Notes under the pieces: model-generated
Told to the model about the DNA's origin: nothing
The model's database searches: none
What the model saw: the letters and a program-made list of their open reading frames with translations, nothing else
Translations under genes and position numbers: made by a program
NCBI GenBank assembly: GCA_902763615.1
Contig: CACWSX010000009.1
Location: 34,515 to 98,514, forward strand
Length of the DNA stretch: 64,000 nt
Direction of reading: 5' to 3'
Source of the DNA: an uncultured Prevotellaceae bacterium
GTDB taxonomy: Bacteria; Bacteroidota; Bacteroidia; Bacteroidales; Bacteroidaceae
Shown: positions 7,244 through 16,984 of the stretch, piece by piece
Layout of the letters: each line of letters begins with the position of its first letter
Numbering within the stretch: the first letter of the stretch is position 1

Positions 7244-9916
7244 TTACTCAGATCTTATCAGTTTGACTTCTGAGTTGAGACCGCTGGGAACGGGTTCCCA
7301 ATGATCGTAAGTAGTCTTCTTGTAATTGATGTCGACAACGTTGATCTCCTCCATCTTGCGCCAGGGAATGCCTCTGCGGTCTAAGTCGGCAATGCGGTTG
7401 GCAGGCAGATTGGTCACTTCGATGCGAAGTTCGTTCATACCGGCCTTCAGCGCCTGCTTGCAGTCGAGTACGAAGGGCACCGACCAGGCGCAGCCGATAA
7501 ACTGTCCGTTGATATAGACACGTGCAGACTCGCGGACATCGCCAAGATCGATCATCCAGGCACCCTTCGGGGCGTCCTGCTTTGTCATCTTGAATTTGGT
7601 CGTATAGACACCCGTACCCATCGTAATCTTCGCATTGTCGTCGTCGAGGGATTCCCATGTTTGGAGTTTGTCGAGGGTAAAGGTCTTTCCGACTTTCGGG
7701 GCCTCCTCGGTGAAGCTGAGCGTCCAAGGGCCGTTGAGGGAAATGTCGCTAGTCTTTCCGGCCTTGATGGTCAGACTGGAAAGGCCAGGCTTTCTATCGA
7801 TACTTTCTGTAAAGGTCTGCAAGATCATAGATTCACCGCTGCGCAGGCACATGTCGATGCTGTCGCCATTGATGCTGGCAGGAATGATGTCGCCATTGAG
7901 GGGATTAAACCATACGGCATCGTTGAAGCTGACAGCCAGCGGCAGACGGTCTGCAATATCATTGGGCGACAGGTTGGCGATGAAATAGTGGTATCCTGTG
8001 GCGTTCTTTCTTCGGATGGCCTTTAAGCCGCATTCCAGTTTCATGGTCTCGGGTTTGGCTGCTGCTGCGAGGTCGGCGGCTCGTGTACCATAGATAATCC
8101 GTGCGCCTTGAGCCTTTAGCTGCTCAATATGCTGCCTGACATTGTCGGGAATCATTTTGCACTCAGGAATGACGAGTGCCTTATAGCGTGTTCCTGCTGC
8201 TGTCTGCAACATCCCGTCTTTATATGACGTTGTGAGCAACAGACGGTCGGAGATATAGTCGCTGTCGAAGCCTGCACCGTCGATGGCCAGGATGCTCTTG
8301 ATGAAATCAGGAGCCAGACTGCCCATAGCGTGGATGCTGAATTGCATGAGTAGTTTTCTGGTGTTCTTCTGCCACATGTCGCGAATGGGCAGGTAGACGA
8401 TGAAGTCATTGTCGGGCTCTCCCCATTGCAAGAAACGCTGACAGCGCTCGACGTACTGCATGAAATAGGGGGCGTCGCGCCAAATGCTGTTGGTGGGACT
8501 CATGTCGATGCTGGCATAGAACTTCCAGCCTGGCCACGGGTCGTCCTTCGGCGAATAGCAGGTACCGTGGAAGAACATGTGGTTGACACCAGCACAGAAC
8601 ATGAGGTCGATGTCGGGTTTCAACTGCGAGAGTGAAGTACGGAAATGTTCTGTCAGCCAGGTGAATGTCTCACTTGATGTGTAAGGCTTGCCGCAGATGT
8701 GGGCTGCCGACGGGGCATATTTCAGCATTGAGAAATCAGAGTCGTTCTTGCGGGTTTTGCCGGGATCTGTGCGCAGCCCCTTGATGCCAAGATCAGAAAG
8801 GCCGAAGCCCTCAATCTCTGGGATATCCACAGCGGCATAACAGTCAATCAGATTGGCGGGTGAACCATGCGCTTGGTTGCGTGTGATGGCTCCGTGACGA
8901 TGGGCCCAAGCCGTCCATTGGCTGGTGAAATTCTCCAATAGCAGGTCGCCGAGGGTCTCGCGATAATCGCTGACGATCTTGGGATCTCCCTCCTGTAAGA
9001 GCAGGAAATAGTCTTGCAACTTGTAGCCACGGCGTTTTTCAAACTCCTCTAGCAACGTGGGCGTCCAGGTTGCGTCGGCCACCTCATAGCTATCGTTGAA
9101 GAAGGTGTGAGGGTAGGGTGTCTTTGTCCGCTCGAAGGCTGCCTCAATATGTGCCAGATAGTTTCTGACAGCCTGACGGTCGAAGTGATCGATGACCAGA
9201 CCTTCACCTCCGGGGGCGGCACGCTTTACCTTCATCACACCATAGCGAACATAAAGGGCAACTACCTGCCACTGGGCGCTTTCGAGTTCTTTCAGACTGC
9301 GTTTCAAGACTTTTTTCATGGTCTTGTTCCCTGCAGTCTTCAACTGTGTCTTCAGCATATCCTCAGGCGACCAGGTGAGTTGGCCGTCCTTGACGTATGG
9401 GGTAATGTCGTATGAATGGCCTTGCCAATAAGCCATGACTTTATTGAGTTTGCTGTAGACTTCGTCTTTGGCAGAAACCTTCAATGGCAGATTCGTTACG
9501 CTTTTGCCCATGAAAGTGCTGTTAACAAAGATGGCCTTGCTGGCACTTTCTTCCAGCGGTACCCACGGACCTCCGAAAGGCCAACCTGTGCCTGTGGCCA
9601 TATCCACCTCGATGCCCATCTGTTGGCCGTTTTGTTGCACCTCGCGCAGCATCGCCATCCATTGGTCGCTGAGATAGGGAATGTTATTTGCCTCGTTGCC
9701 CTGTACCCCGTAAATGGGTGTAATTTCCAAGGCTCCGATACCATGATTGGCATATTCCTGCATGGTCCAACGCAGGTTTTCTTTGTCGACAGCTGATCCC
9801 AGCCACCACCAGCGTGCGCCAGCCTTGGCCTCCTGTTGCGGTTCTGGCCACTGCTGAGCTGTAGCTCCCACAGCTAGAGTGGCCAGAATCGTTAGTGTTA
9901 TAAATCTCTTATACAT
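7244..9916 (-). CDS. Glycoside hydrolase family 106 (alpha-L-rhamnosidase-like)
   Basis: RWWWLGSAVD, GTGWPFGG, FFNDSYEV, QAHGSP, SSETFT, C-terminal beta-sandwich (DLGDV, N.LRIEVTN); signal peptide from MYKRFIT. Confidence 0.85.
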   Translation of the reverse strand: MYKRFITLTILATLAVGATAQQWPEPQQEAKAGARWWWLGSAVDKENLRWTMQEYANHGIGALEITPIYGVQGNEANNIPYLSDQWMAMLREVQQNGQQMGIEVDMATGTGWPFGGPWVPLEESASKAIFVNSTFMGKSVTNLPLKVSAKDEVYSKLNKVMAYWQGHSYDITPYVKDGQLTWSPEDMLKTQLKTAGNKTMKKVLKRSLKELESAQWQVVALYVRYGVMKVKRAAPGGEGLVIDHFDRQAVRNYLAHIEAAFERTKTPYPHTFFNDSYEVADATWTPTLLEEFEKRRGYKLQDYFLLLQEGDPKIVSDYRETLGDLLLENFTSQWTAWAHRHGAITRNQAHGSPANLIDCYAAVDIPEIEGFGLSDLGIKGLRTDPGKTRKNDSDFSMLKYAPSAAHICGKPYTSSETFTWLTEHFRTSLSQLKPDIDLMFCAGVNHMFFHGTCYSPKDDPWPGWKFYASIDMSPTNSIWRDAPYFMQYVERCQRFLQWGEPDNDFIVYLPIRDMWQKNTRKLLMQFSIHAMGSLAPDFIKSILAIDGAGFDSDYISDRLLLTTSYKDGMLQTAAGTRYKALVIPECKMIPDNVRQHIEQLKAQGARIIYGTRAADLAAAAKPETMKLECGLKAIRRKNATGYHYFIANLSPNDIADRLPLAVSFNDAVWFNPLNGDIIPASINGDSIDMCLRSGESMILQTFTESIDRKPGLSSLTIKAGKTSDISLNGPWTLSFTEEAPKVGKTFTLDKLQTWESLDDDNAKITMGTGVYTTKFKMTKQDAPKGAWMIDLGDVRESARVYINGQFIGCAWSVPFVLDCKQALKAGMNELRIEVTNLPANRIADLDRRGIPWRKMEEINVVDINYKKTTYDHWEPVPSGLNSEVKLIRSE

Positions 9917-9918
9917 TT

Positions 9919-11247
9919 TTAATTGAATATCGAGGACAGAATATAGGCCACGATGGTCGATACGGTGACACAAATCAGGCCTGGCATCATGAATGAGTGG
10001 TTCAGCAGGTATTTACCGATGACCGTAGTGCCTGAGCGGTCGAAGTTTACCGTGGCGATATCCGAAGGATAGTTCGGGATGAAGAAATAACCATAGACCG
10101 AAGGTAGCACACCTAGCAGAACGGGACCAGGAATTCCTAGTGAATAAGCCAGAGGCAGCATTGAAACAACAACAGCACCCTGAGAGTTGATGAGCACGGA
10201 AACCATGAAGAAAACGAGAGCGATGCTCCACGGATAATCTTTTACAATACCCTCAAGCATAGCCTGTATCTCGGGCATATAGTTTGAGAAGTAAGTGTCA
10301 GCCATCCAGGCGATACCATAAATGGCGACTACGGCTACCATACCCGACTGCCATACAGGACCAGCAACAGCCTTTTTGGGCTGGGCCTTACAGAAGATGA
10401 TCATCAAAGCAGCTGCTGCAATCATCACAATCTGGATAACGAGGTTCATTTTCAGCGATTTCCCATCCCACGATGGTAGCAGAGAGGGAATTGCTGCAAA
10501 CAACACGATGACAGCAAGTGCACCGAGGAAAATAAAGACGGCATTCTTGGCCGATTGTGGAATCGTCTTGTCGAGTGTCGTGGCGTTTGAACCGTAAATG
10601 TAATTACGTTGTTCAGGATCAGCAATCTTTCTCTGGAACACAGGATCCTTATCGAGGTCGAGACCACGATGATAAGAGGCTGCAGCGGCGGCCATCAGTC
10701 CGCAGATACAGGCGGGAATGGAAACCATCAGCACCCGGGGGATTGTGATGTCGAAATTGTTGGCATTCGAGATGGTGACGAAGGCCACAACGGCAGCTGC
10801 GATTGGGGAGCAGGTGATACCTACCTGTGAGGCAATGGAGGCTACTCCACATGGTCGCTCTGGTCTAATTCCTTTCTTTAATGCAATATCGCAAATAATT
10901 GGCATTAAGGTATATACAACGTGTCCAGTTCCTACCAAAACTGTAAGAAAGAAGGTCGTTAGTGGTGCTAGGAAAGTGATGCGATCCGGATGCTTGCGGA
11001 GCATTTTTTCTGCAATCTGGATGAGCCAGTCCATACCACCTGAAGCCTGCATGATACCAGCACAGGTTACGGCTGCAATGATGATGTAGATTACATCAGT
11101 TGGGGGTGTTCCTGGCTTAAGTCCGAAAGCAAAGACGAGAATGGCAAGTCCGATACCGGAAATGGCTCCCAAGGCAAGTGAACCATATCGCGAACCTACC
11201 CACAATGCTCCTAAAACAATAAGGAGCTGAATAATCATTAATACCAT
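9919..11247 (-). CDS. Anaerobic C4-dicarboxylate transporter (DcuA/DcuB family)
   Basis: GIRPERP, ASQVGITCSP, FDRSGTTVIGKYLLNHSFM; many transmembrane segments. Confidence 0.92.
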   Translation of the reverse strand: MVLMIIQLLIVLGALWVGSRYGSLALGAISGIGLAILVFAFGLKPGTPPTDVIYIIIAAVTCAGIMQASGGMDWLIQIAEKMLRKHPDRITFLAPLTTFFLTVLVGTGHVVYTLMPIICDIALKKGIRPERPCGVASIASQVGITCSPIAAAVVAFVTISNANNFDITIPRVLMVSIPACICGLMAAAAASYHRGLDLDKDPVFQRKIADPEQRNYIYGSNATTLDKTIPQSAKNAVFIFLGALAVIVLFAAIPSLLPSWDGKSLKMNLVIQIVMIAAAALMIIFCKAQPKKAVAGPVWQSGMVAVVAIYGIAWMADTYFSNYMPEIQAMLEGIVKDYPWSIALVFFMVSVLINSQGAVVVSMLPLAYSLGIPGPVLLGVLPSVYGYFFIPNYPSDIATVNFDRSGTTVIGKYLLNHSFMMPGLICVTVSTIVAYILSSIFN

Positions 11248-11425
11248 AGCAATTGTTTTTAATTATTGAATTGACTTGTTTTGTTTGCAAAGTTACGTAT
11301 TTTTTCTGAAATAAAAAACATTTTGTGATATAAATCTTAAAAATATTTATTTCCTTTGTTGACTCGAATATTTTTAGTACCTTTGCGCCCTAAATAAGTA
11401 AAAGGTATAAAACGATATCGAAAAT

Positions 11426-14400
11426 ATGGCAAAGAGATTCGCCGAACACAACGGCTTGAACCTGACACAGGTAAATAATGATATCCTGGAAATGTGGCGG
11501 GAGAAAAATGTCTTCTGGCGCTCGGTAGAGGAGCGCGAAGGGTGCCCGCAGTTTGTATTCTTCGAGGGCCCTCCCTCAGCTAATGGTCATCCTGGCATCC
11601 ATCATGTGCTGGCTCGTACCATTAAAGATACCTTCAACCGCTATAAGACGATGAAAGGCTATCAGGTAAAGCGTAAGGCAGGATGGGATACCCATGGATT
11701 GCCTGTAGAGTTGGGTGTTGAGAAGGAATTAGGTATCACAAAGGCTGATATCGACAACAAGGACTCGGAAAAATACATCTCCACGGAGGACTATAACAAG
11801 AAGTGTCGTGAGAATGTGATGATGTTCACCCAAGAATGGCGTGACTTGACGGAAAAGATGGGCTATTTCGTAGACCTTGATAATCCGTATATCACCTACG
11901 ATAACAAGTATATCGAAACACTATGGTGGCTCTTGCAGCAGTTTTATAAGAAAGGCCTGCTCTATAAGGGCTACACAATCCAACCTTATTCGCCAGCAGC
12001 AGGAACCGGCCTGAGCTCACATGAACTGAACCAGCCTGGTTGCTATCGCGATGTAAAGGATACGACTGTAACAGCTTTATTCAAGGCACTCAATCCTAAG
12101 GAAGAGTGGACAAAGTGGGGTACGCCTTATTTTGTAGCTTGGACAACTACACCTTGGACCCTGCCTTCAAATACTGCCCTCTGCGTAGGTCCGAAGATCG
12201 ATTACGTGGCCGTTGAGACCTATAATGCCTATAATGGCGAGAAAATCACTATCATCTTGGCTGAGAGCCGTCTGAATGCCTATCTCGCTCCGGAGGGTAA
12301 CATCACCGATGGTGAGGAGATGCCTGGGTACAACAAGGGCGAGAAGTTTGTGCCTTATCGCGTGATAGGTCGCTATACAGGCGAGGAGCTGGTGGGTATG
12401 AAGTATCAGCAGCTGATGCCTTGGGTAAAGCCTTCGGCCAAGCTCGATCAGAATGCTGCCGACTATGTGAAGGCGTATGCTGAAGCTCATCCTGAGAAGG
12501 TGTTTGCTGGCGAGAATGGCAAGGATCAGTTCGTGGAGATGGAGAGTGAGGCTTTCCGTGTGATTCCCGGCGACTATGTCACCACCGAGGATGGTGCTGG
12601 TATCGTGCATATCGCTCCGACCTTCGGTGCCGACGATGCCAAGGTGGCTAAGGATGCCCACATCCCAAGCTTGTTCCTTATAAATAAGAAAGGTGAAACC
12701 CGTCCGATGGTCGACCTTCAGGGTAAGTACTATGTGATGGACGAGCTCGACAATAACTTCATTGAGAGGTGTGTCAACGTTGAGGGCTACAGCCACCACG
12801 CTGGCGATTATGTGAAGAATGCCTATGCACCAGAATTCAATAAGGATGGCAAGTATGACGAGCAGGCTGCTTCAAAGGCTGAAGACCTGAATATCGTGAT
12901 CTGCATGGAGATGAAGCAGGAGGGTACTGCACTCAAGATTGAGAAGCATGTGCACAACTATCCGCACTGCTGGCGTACCGACAAGCCCGTCTTGTATTAT
13001 CCGCTCGACTCCTGGTTCATCCGTTCTACCGCCAAGAAGGACCGTATGTTCGAACTGAACAAGACCATTAACTGGCAGCCTGAGTCCACAGGTACAGGCC
13101 GTTTCGGTAACTGGCTCGAGAACCTGAACGACTGGAACCTCTCCCGTAGCCGTTTCTGGGGAACACCGCTTCCCATCTGGCGCGATGAGGATGGCAAGGA
13201 AATCTGCATCGGTTCTGTAGAGGAACTCTACAACGAGATAGAGAAATCAGTCAAGGCAGGCTTTATGAAGAGCAACCCCCTGAAGGACAATGGTTTTGTG
13301 CCTGGCGACATGTCGAAGGAGAACTACGAAAAGATCGACCTTCACCGTCCGTATGTTGACAATATCGTCCTTGTTTCTGAGAGCGGTAAACCTATGAAGC
13401 GTGAGAGCGACCTCATCGACGTTTGGTTCGATTCTGGTTCTATGCCTTACGCCCAGGTACACTATCCGTTTGAGAATAAGGACCTGATTGATAAGGGTAT
13501 TGCTTTCCCCTGCGACTTTATCAATGAGGGTGTCGACCAGACGCGTGGTTGGTTCTTCACCCTGCATGCCATTGCTACGATGATCTTCGACTCTGTGGCC
13601 TTTAAGAATGTGATTTCTTCTGGTCTCGTGCTCGATGCCAAAGGTAACAAGATGTCGAAGCACGTTGGTAACGTGGTGAATCCGTTTGATATGATTGGCA
13701 AGTACGGTAGTGATGCTGTCCGTCTGTATATGATGACCAACTCTGAGCCTTGGGACAATCTGAAGTTTGACCCAGAGGGTGTGGATGAAGTGCGTCGTAA
13801 GTTCTTCGGAACGTTGTATAACACTTATAGTTTCTTTGCGCTCTATGCCAATGTGGATGGTTTTGACCCCGCTACAGCACAGGTGGCATTCAATAAGCGT
13901 CCAGAGATCGACCGTTGGATTCTCTCTTGTCTGAACACGCTCATCAAGGGTGTGGAGGCTGAGCTCGACGGCTACGATCCCACACGTGCAGGCCGACTGA
14001 TAGATGCTTTCGTCAACGACGACCTGAGTAACTGGTTTGTGCGTCTGAACCGCAAACGCTTCTGGGGTAAGGAGATGAGCGAGGATAAGCTCTCGGCTTA
14101 TCAAACACTTTATACCTGCTTGATGACAGTCGCCAAGCTGCTGGCTCCGTTTGCACCCTTCTATGCTGACCAGTTATATAAGGATCTTGGTGGCGAGTTG
14201 GACTCTGTACATCTCGACAAGTTCCCTGTAGCCGACGAGTCACAGATAGACAAAGACCTCGAGGCCCGCATGCAGATGGCCCAGAAGATTACCTCTATGG
14301 TTCTGGCACTGCGTCGTAAGGTGAACATCAAGGTGCGCCAGCCGCTGCAGGCCATCATGATTCCTGCTGTCGATGAGACGCAGAAGAAGCACATCGAGGC

Positions 14401-14986
14401 TGTGAAAGATCTGATTATGAACGAGGTGAATGTCAAGGAACTTCGTTTCGTAGAGGGTGCTGGCGTGCTGGTTAAGAAGGTGAAGTGCAACTTCCGCACG
14501 ATGGGTAAGAAGTTCGGTAAGCTGATGAAGAGTGTGGCTGCCGCTATGGATGCCCTCTCGCAAGAGCAGATTGCCGAGCTCGAAAAGCAAGGTTTGATTG
14601 CCATCAATGTCGAAGGTCAGGATGTTAACGTCGAGGCTGTTGATGTGGATATTATCAGCGAGGATATTCCAGGCTGGTTGGTAGCCAATGAGGGTAATCT
14701 CACCGTAGCCCTTGAGGTGGAATTGACAGACGAACTGAAGAACGAGGGTATGGCCCGCGAACTCATCAACCGCATCCAGAACATCCGCAAGGAGAGTGGC
14801 TTGGAAATTACCGACCGTATCGTGGTGACTTTGGCTTCGAATATCGAGGTGGAGAAGAGTCTCGGCAGCTTCTCTGACTATATCAAGACCCAGGTGCTTG
14901 CCGACGATATCAAGGTAGCCGACAACGATGGACAGGAAGTGGACTTCGATGAATTCAAACTGAACATTAAAGTAGAGAAAATATAA
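11426..14986 (+). CDS. ileS: Isoleucine--tRNA ligase (type 2)
   Basis: EGPPSANGHPGIHH, GWDTHGLPVE, WTTTPWTL, EGVDQTRGWF, KMSK; promoter TACCTTTG at 11378-11385. Confidence 0.97.
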   Translation: MAKRFAEHNGLNLTQVNNDILEMWREKNVFWRSVEEREGCPQFVFFEGPPSANGHPGIHHVLARTIKDTFNRYKTMKGYQVKRKAGWDTHGLPVELGVEKELGITKADIDNKDSEKYISTEDYNKKCRENVMMFTQEWRDLTEKMGYFVDLDNPYITYDNKYIETLWWLLQQFYKKGLLYKGYTIQPYSPAAGTGLSSHELNQPGCYRDVKDTTVTALFKALNPKEEWTKWGTPYFVAWTTTPWTLPSNTALCVGPKIDYVAVETYNAYNGEKITIILAESRLNAYLAPEGNITDGEEMPGYNKGEKFVPYRVIGRYTGEELVGMKYQQLMPWVKPSAKLDQNAADYVKAYAEAHPEKVFAGENGKDQFVEMESEAFRVIPGDYVTTEDGAGIVHIAPTFGADDAKVAKDAHIPSLFLINKKGETRPMVDLQGKYYVMDELDNNFIERCVNVEGYSHHAGDYVKNAYAPEFNKDGKYDEQAASKAEDLNIVICMEMKQEGTALKIEKHVHNYPHCWRTDKPVLYYPLDSWFIRSTAKKDRMFELNKTINWQPESTGTGRFGNWLENLNDWNLSRSRFWGTPLPIWRDEDGKEICIGSVEELYNEIEKSVKAGFMKSNPLKDNGFVPGDMSKENYEKIDLHRPYVDNIVLVSESGKPMKRESDLIDVWFDSGSMPYAQVHYPFENKDLIDKGIAFPCDFINEGVDQTRGWFFTLHAIATMIFDSVAFKNVISSGLVLDAKGNKMSKHVGNVVNPFDMIGKYGSDAVRLYMMTNSEPWDNLKFDPEGVDEVRRKFFGTLYNTYSFFALYANVDGFDPATAQVAFNKRPEIDRWILSCLNTLIKGVEAELDGYDPTRAGRLIDAFVNDDLSNWFVRLNRKRFWGKEMSEDKLSAYQTLYTCLMTVAKLLAPFAPFYADQLYKDLGGELDSVHLDKFPVADESQIDKDLEARMQMAQKITSMVLALRRKVNIKVRQPLQAIMIPAVDETQKKHIEAVKDLIMNEVNVKELRFVEGAGVLVKKVKCNFRTMGKKFGKLMKSVAAAMDALSQEQIAELEKQGLIAINVEGQDVNVEAVDVDIISEDIPGWLVANEGNLTVALEVELTDELKNEGMARELINRIQNIRKESGLEITDRIVVTLASNIEVEKSLGSFSDYIKTQVLADDIKVADNDGQEVDFDEFKLNIKVEKI

Positions 14987-15013
14987 TAATCAGAAACTAA
15001 AAACAGAATAAAT

Positions 15014-15397
15014 ATGGCAGAAAAAACACGTTACAGCGACGAAGAACTCGAAGAGTTCCGTCAGATTATCAATGAGAAAATGGCATTGGCCAAGCGCGAC
15101 TATGACCAGATGATGAAAGTGCTTATGAACGAGGACTCCAACGATGTCGACGATACATCACCAACCTATAAGGCATTAGAGGAGGGTAGTGCCACACAGT
15201 CGAAAGAAGAACTCATCTCTATGGCCGCTCGTCAGCAGAAGTTCATTCAGGGACTGAAAGCAGCCTTGGTACGCATTGAAAATAAAACCTATGGCATCGA
15301 CCGCATTACCGGTGAACTGATTCCTAAGGAGCGCCTTCGCGCCGTACCTCACGCTACGCTGAGCGTTCAGTCGAAGATGAATCAAAAGAAAGGTTAA
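15014..15397 (+). CDS. TraR/DksA family protein
   Basis: RYSDEELEEF, coiled coil, ALVRIENKTYG...IPKERLRAVPHA; conserved ileS-dksA-lspA order. Confidence 0.88.
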   Translation: MAEKTRYSDEELEEFRQIINEKMALAKRDYDQMMKVLMNEDSNDVDDTSPTYKALEEGSATQSKEELISMAARQQKFIQGLKAALVRIENKTYGIDRITGELIPKERLRAVPHATLSVQSKMNQKKG

Positions 15398-16066
15398 GTG
15401 AGCGCTTTCAGAAAGTTTTTCACCAACGGGAGACTGGCGACATTGATTATTGTTGCCATTCTCCTGATCGACCAAGCCATTAAGATTTGGGTAAAGACCT
15501 CGATGACGCTCCATGAGAGCATTCATATCACCGACTGGTTCTACATCTCGTTTATTGAAAACAACGGTATGGCATTCGGTATGCAGCTTGGCAGCAAGAT
15601 TGTACTGTCGCTGTTCCGCGTCTTTGCCATTGCACTACTAGGCTATTACATTTGGATTGAGGTGGGAAAGAAGGCAAAGATAGGTTATCTTGTTTGTCTG
15701 TCGATGATTCTCGCAGGTGCCGCAGGCAATCTGATCGACTGTATGTTCTACGGCCTTGTTTTCAATAATTCGTCGGAGTTCTACCAGTCCTACTTTGTGC
15801 CGTTCGGTACGGGCTATGCCCCCTTCCTGATGGGTAAGGTGGTGGATATGTTTTATTTCCCATTGATCGAGACAGAATGGCCCCAGTGGATGCCTTTTGT
15901 AGGTGGCGATCATTTTGTATTCTTCAGTCCGGTATTCAATTTTGCTGATGCCTCCATCAGTGTGGGTGTCGTACTGCTTTTGTTGTTCTATCGTAAAGAG
16001 ATCAGTCAAATCACGTTGAAAAAGAAGGACCCTGCAGAGCAAGATCCTGTTCACGAAGAAGCATGA
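15398..16066 (+). CDS. lspA: Lipoprotein signal peptidase II
   Basis: DQAIK, NNGMAFG, GAAGNLID, VVDM, FNFADA. Confidence 0.93.
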   Translation: MSAFRKFFTNGRLATLIIVAILLIDQAIKIWVKTSMTLHESIHITDWFYISFIENNGMAFGMQLGSKIVLSLFRVFAIALLGYYIWIEVGKKAKIGYLVCLSMILAGAAGNLIDCMFYGLVFNNSSEFYQSYFVPFGTGYAPFLMGKVVDMFYFPLIETEWPQWMPFVGGDHFVFFSPVFNFADASISVGVVLLLLFYRKEISQITLKKKDPAEQDPVHEEA

Positions 16067-16980
16067 ATCTGCATCGTTACCATATCGTTTTCCTGTTCTT
16101 GGTGCTTTTGACAGCATGTTCGCCAAAAGTTCCCAGTGAGTATATACAGCCCGACGATATGGAAGATATTCTCTACGACTATTTCGTGTCGCAAGGTATT
16201 GCCAAGCAGGAAAATCTCACGTATTCCGGTTCCTCTTCAAGCAGACCGATGGATTACAAACGTGAACTCTATTTCGAAGCCGTCCTGAAGAAATATGATT
16301 TGACACGGGCTGAGTTCGACTCGTCGCTTGTCTATTATTACACACGTTCCGATCGTTTTGTCAAGATATGGAAGAATGTACAAGAGCGCTTGGGCGAGGC
16401 AGCCATCGAGTATGGCGCTTCAGCAGGTGAGGTGGAGAATTTTACGGCTAGTACGCTGACAGGTGATACTGCTAATATCTGGAACGGTGCCATTTCGCAG
16501 GTGCTTGTCCCTTATGCGCCCTATAACCGTTTGCAGTATCGCTTGCAGGCAGATACAGCCTATCGCAAGGGCGATAGCTTTATGTTAGCCTGGAATAGCA
16601 ACTTTCTTTATCAGAGCGGCTCCAAGGATGCAGTCGCTTATATAGCGGTGAAGTATAAGAACGATAGTGTCGCCTCATCGGTGACCCATTTTTCTGTCGA
16701 CGGCCGTTCTCAGTTGCGTATTGATGGCTGCGAGGAGCCTGTGAAGGAGATCAATGGCTTTATCTATCTGGGACAAGGATACGAGAATACTTCCAATTTG
16801 CGAATGCTTATCGTCAGCAATATCCAGTTGATACGTTTCCACAAGAAGGAACACGAGGAGGTTGTACCACAGCCGCAGAAGTCGGTGGCGGATTCGCTCT
16901 CTCAGGTGCCCGACTCCTTGCGTCCTCGTCATCATCGACTTGGAGAACGACCAGATCAAATAAAACCAATAACTCAATAG
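16063..16980 (+). CDS. DUF4296 domain lipoprotein
   Basis: Lipobox LTAC; YIQPDDMEDILYDY; FDSSLVYY; usual neighbour of lspA in Bacteroidales. Confidence 0.8.
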   Translation: MNLHRYHIVFLFLVLLTACSPKVPSEYIQPDDMEDILYDYFVSQGIAKQENLTYSGSSSSRPMDYKRELYFEAVLKKYDLTRAEFDSSLVYYYTRSDRFVKIWKNVQERLGEAAIEYGASAGEVENFTASTLTGDTANIWNGAISQVLVPYAPYNRLQYRLQADTAYRKGDSFMLAWNSNFLYQSGSKDAVAYIAVKYKNDSVASSVTHFSVDGRSQLRIDGCEEPVKEINGFIYLGQGYENTSNLRMLIVSNIQLIRFHKKEHEEVVPQPQKSVADSLSQVPDSLRPRHHRLGERPDQIKPITQ

Positions 16981-16984
16981 CACT

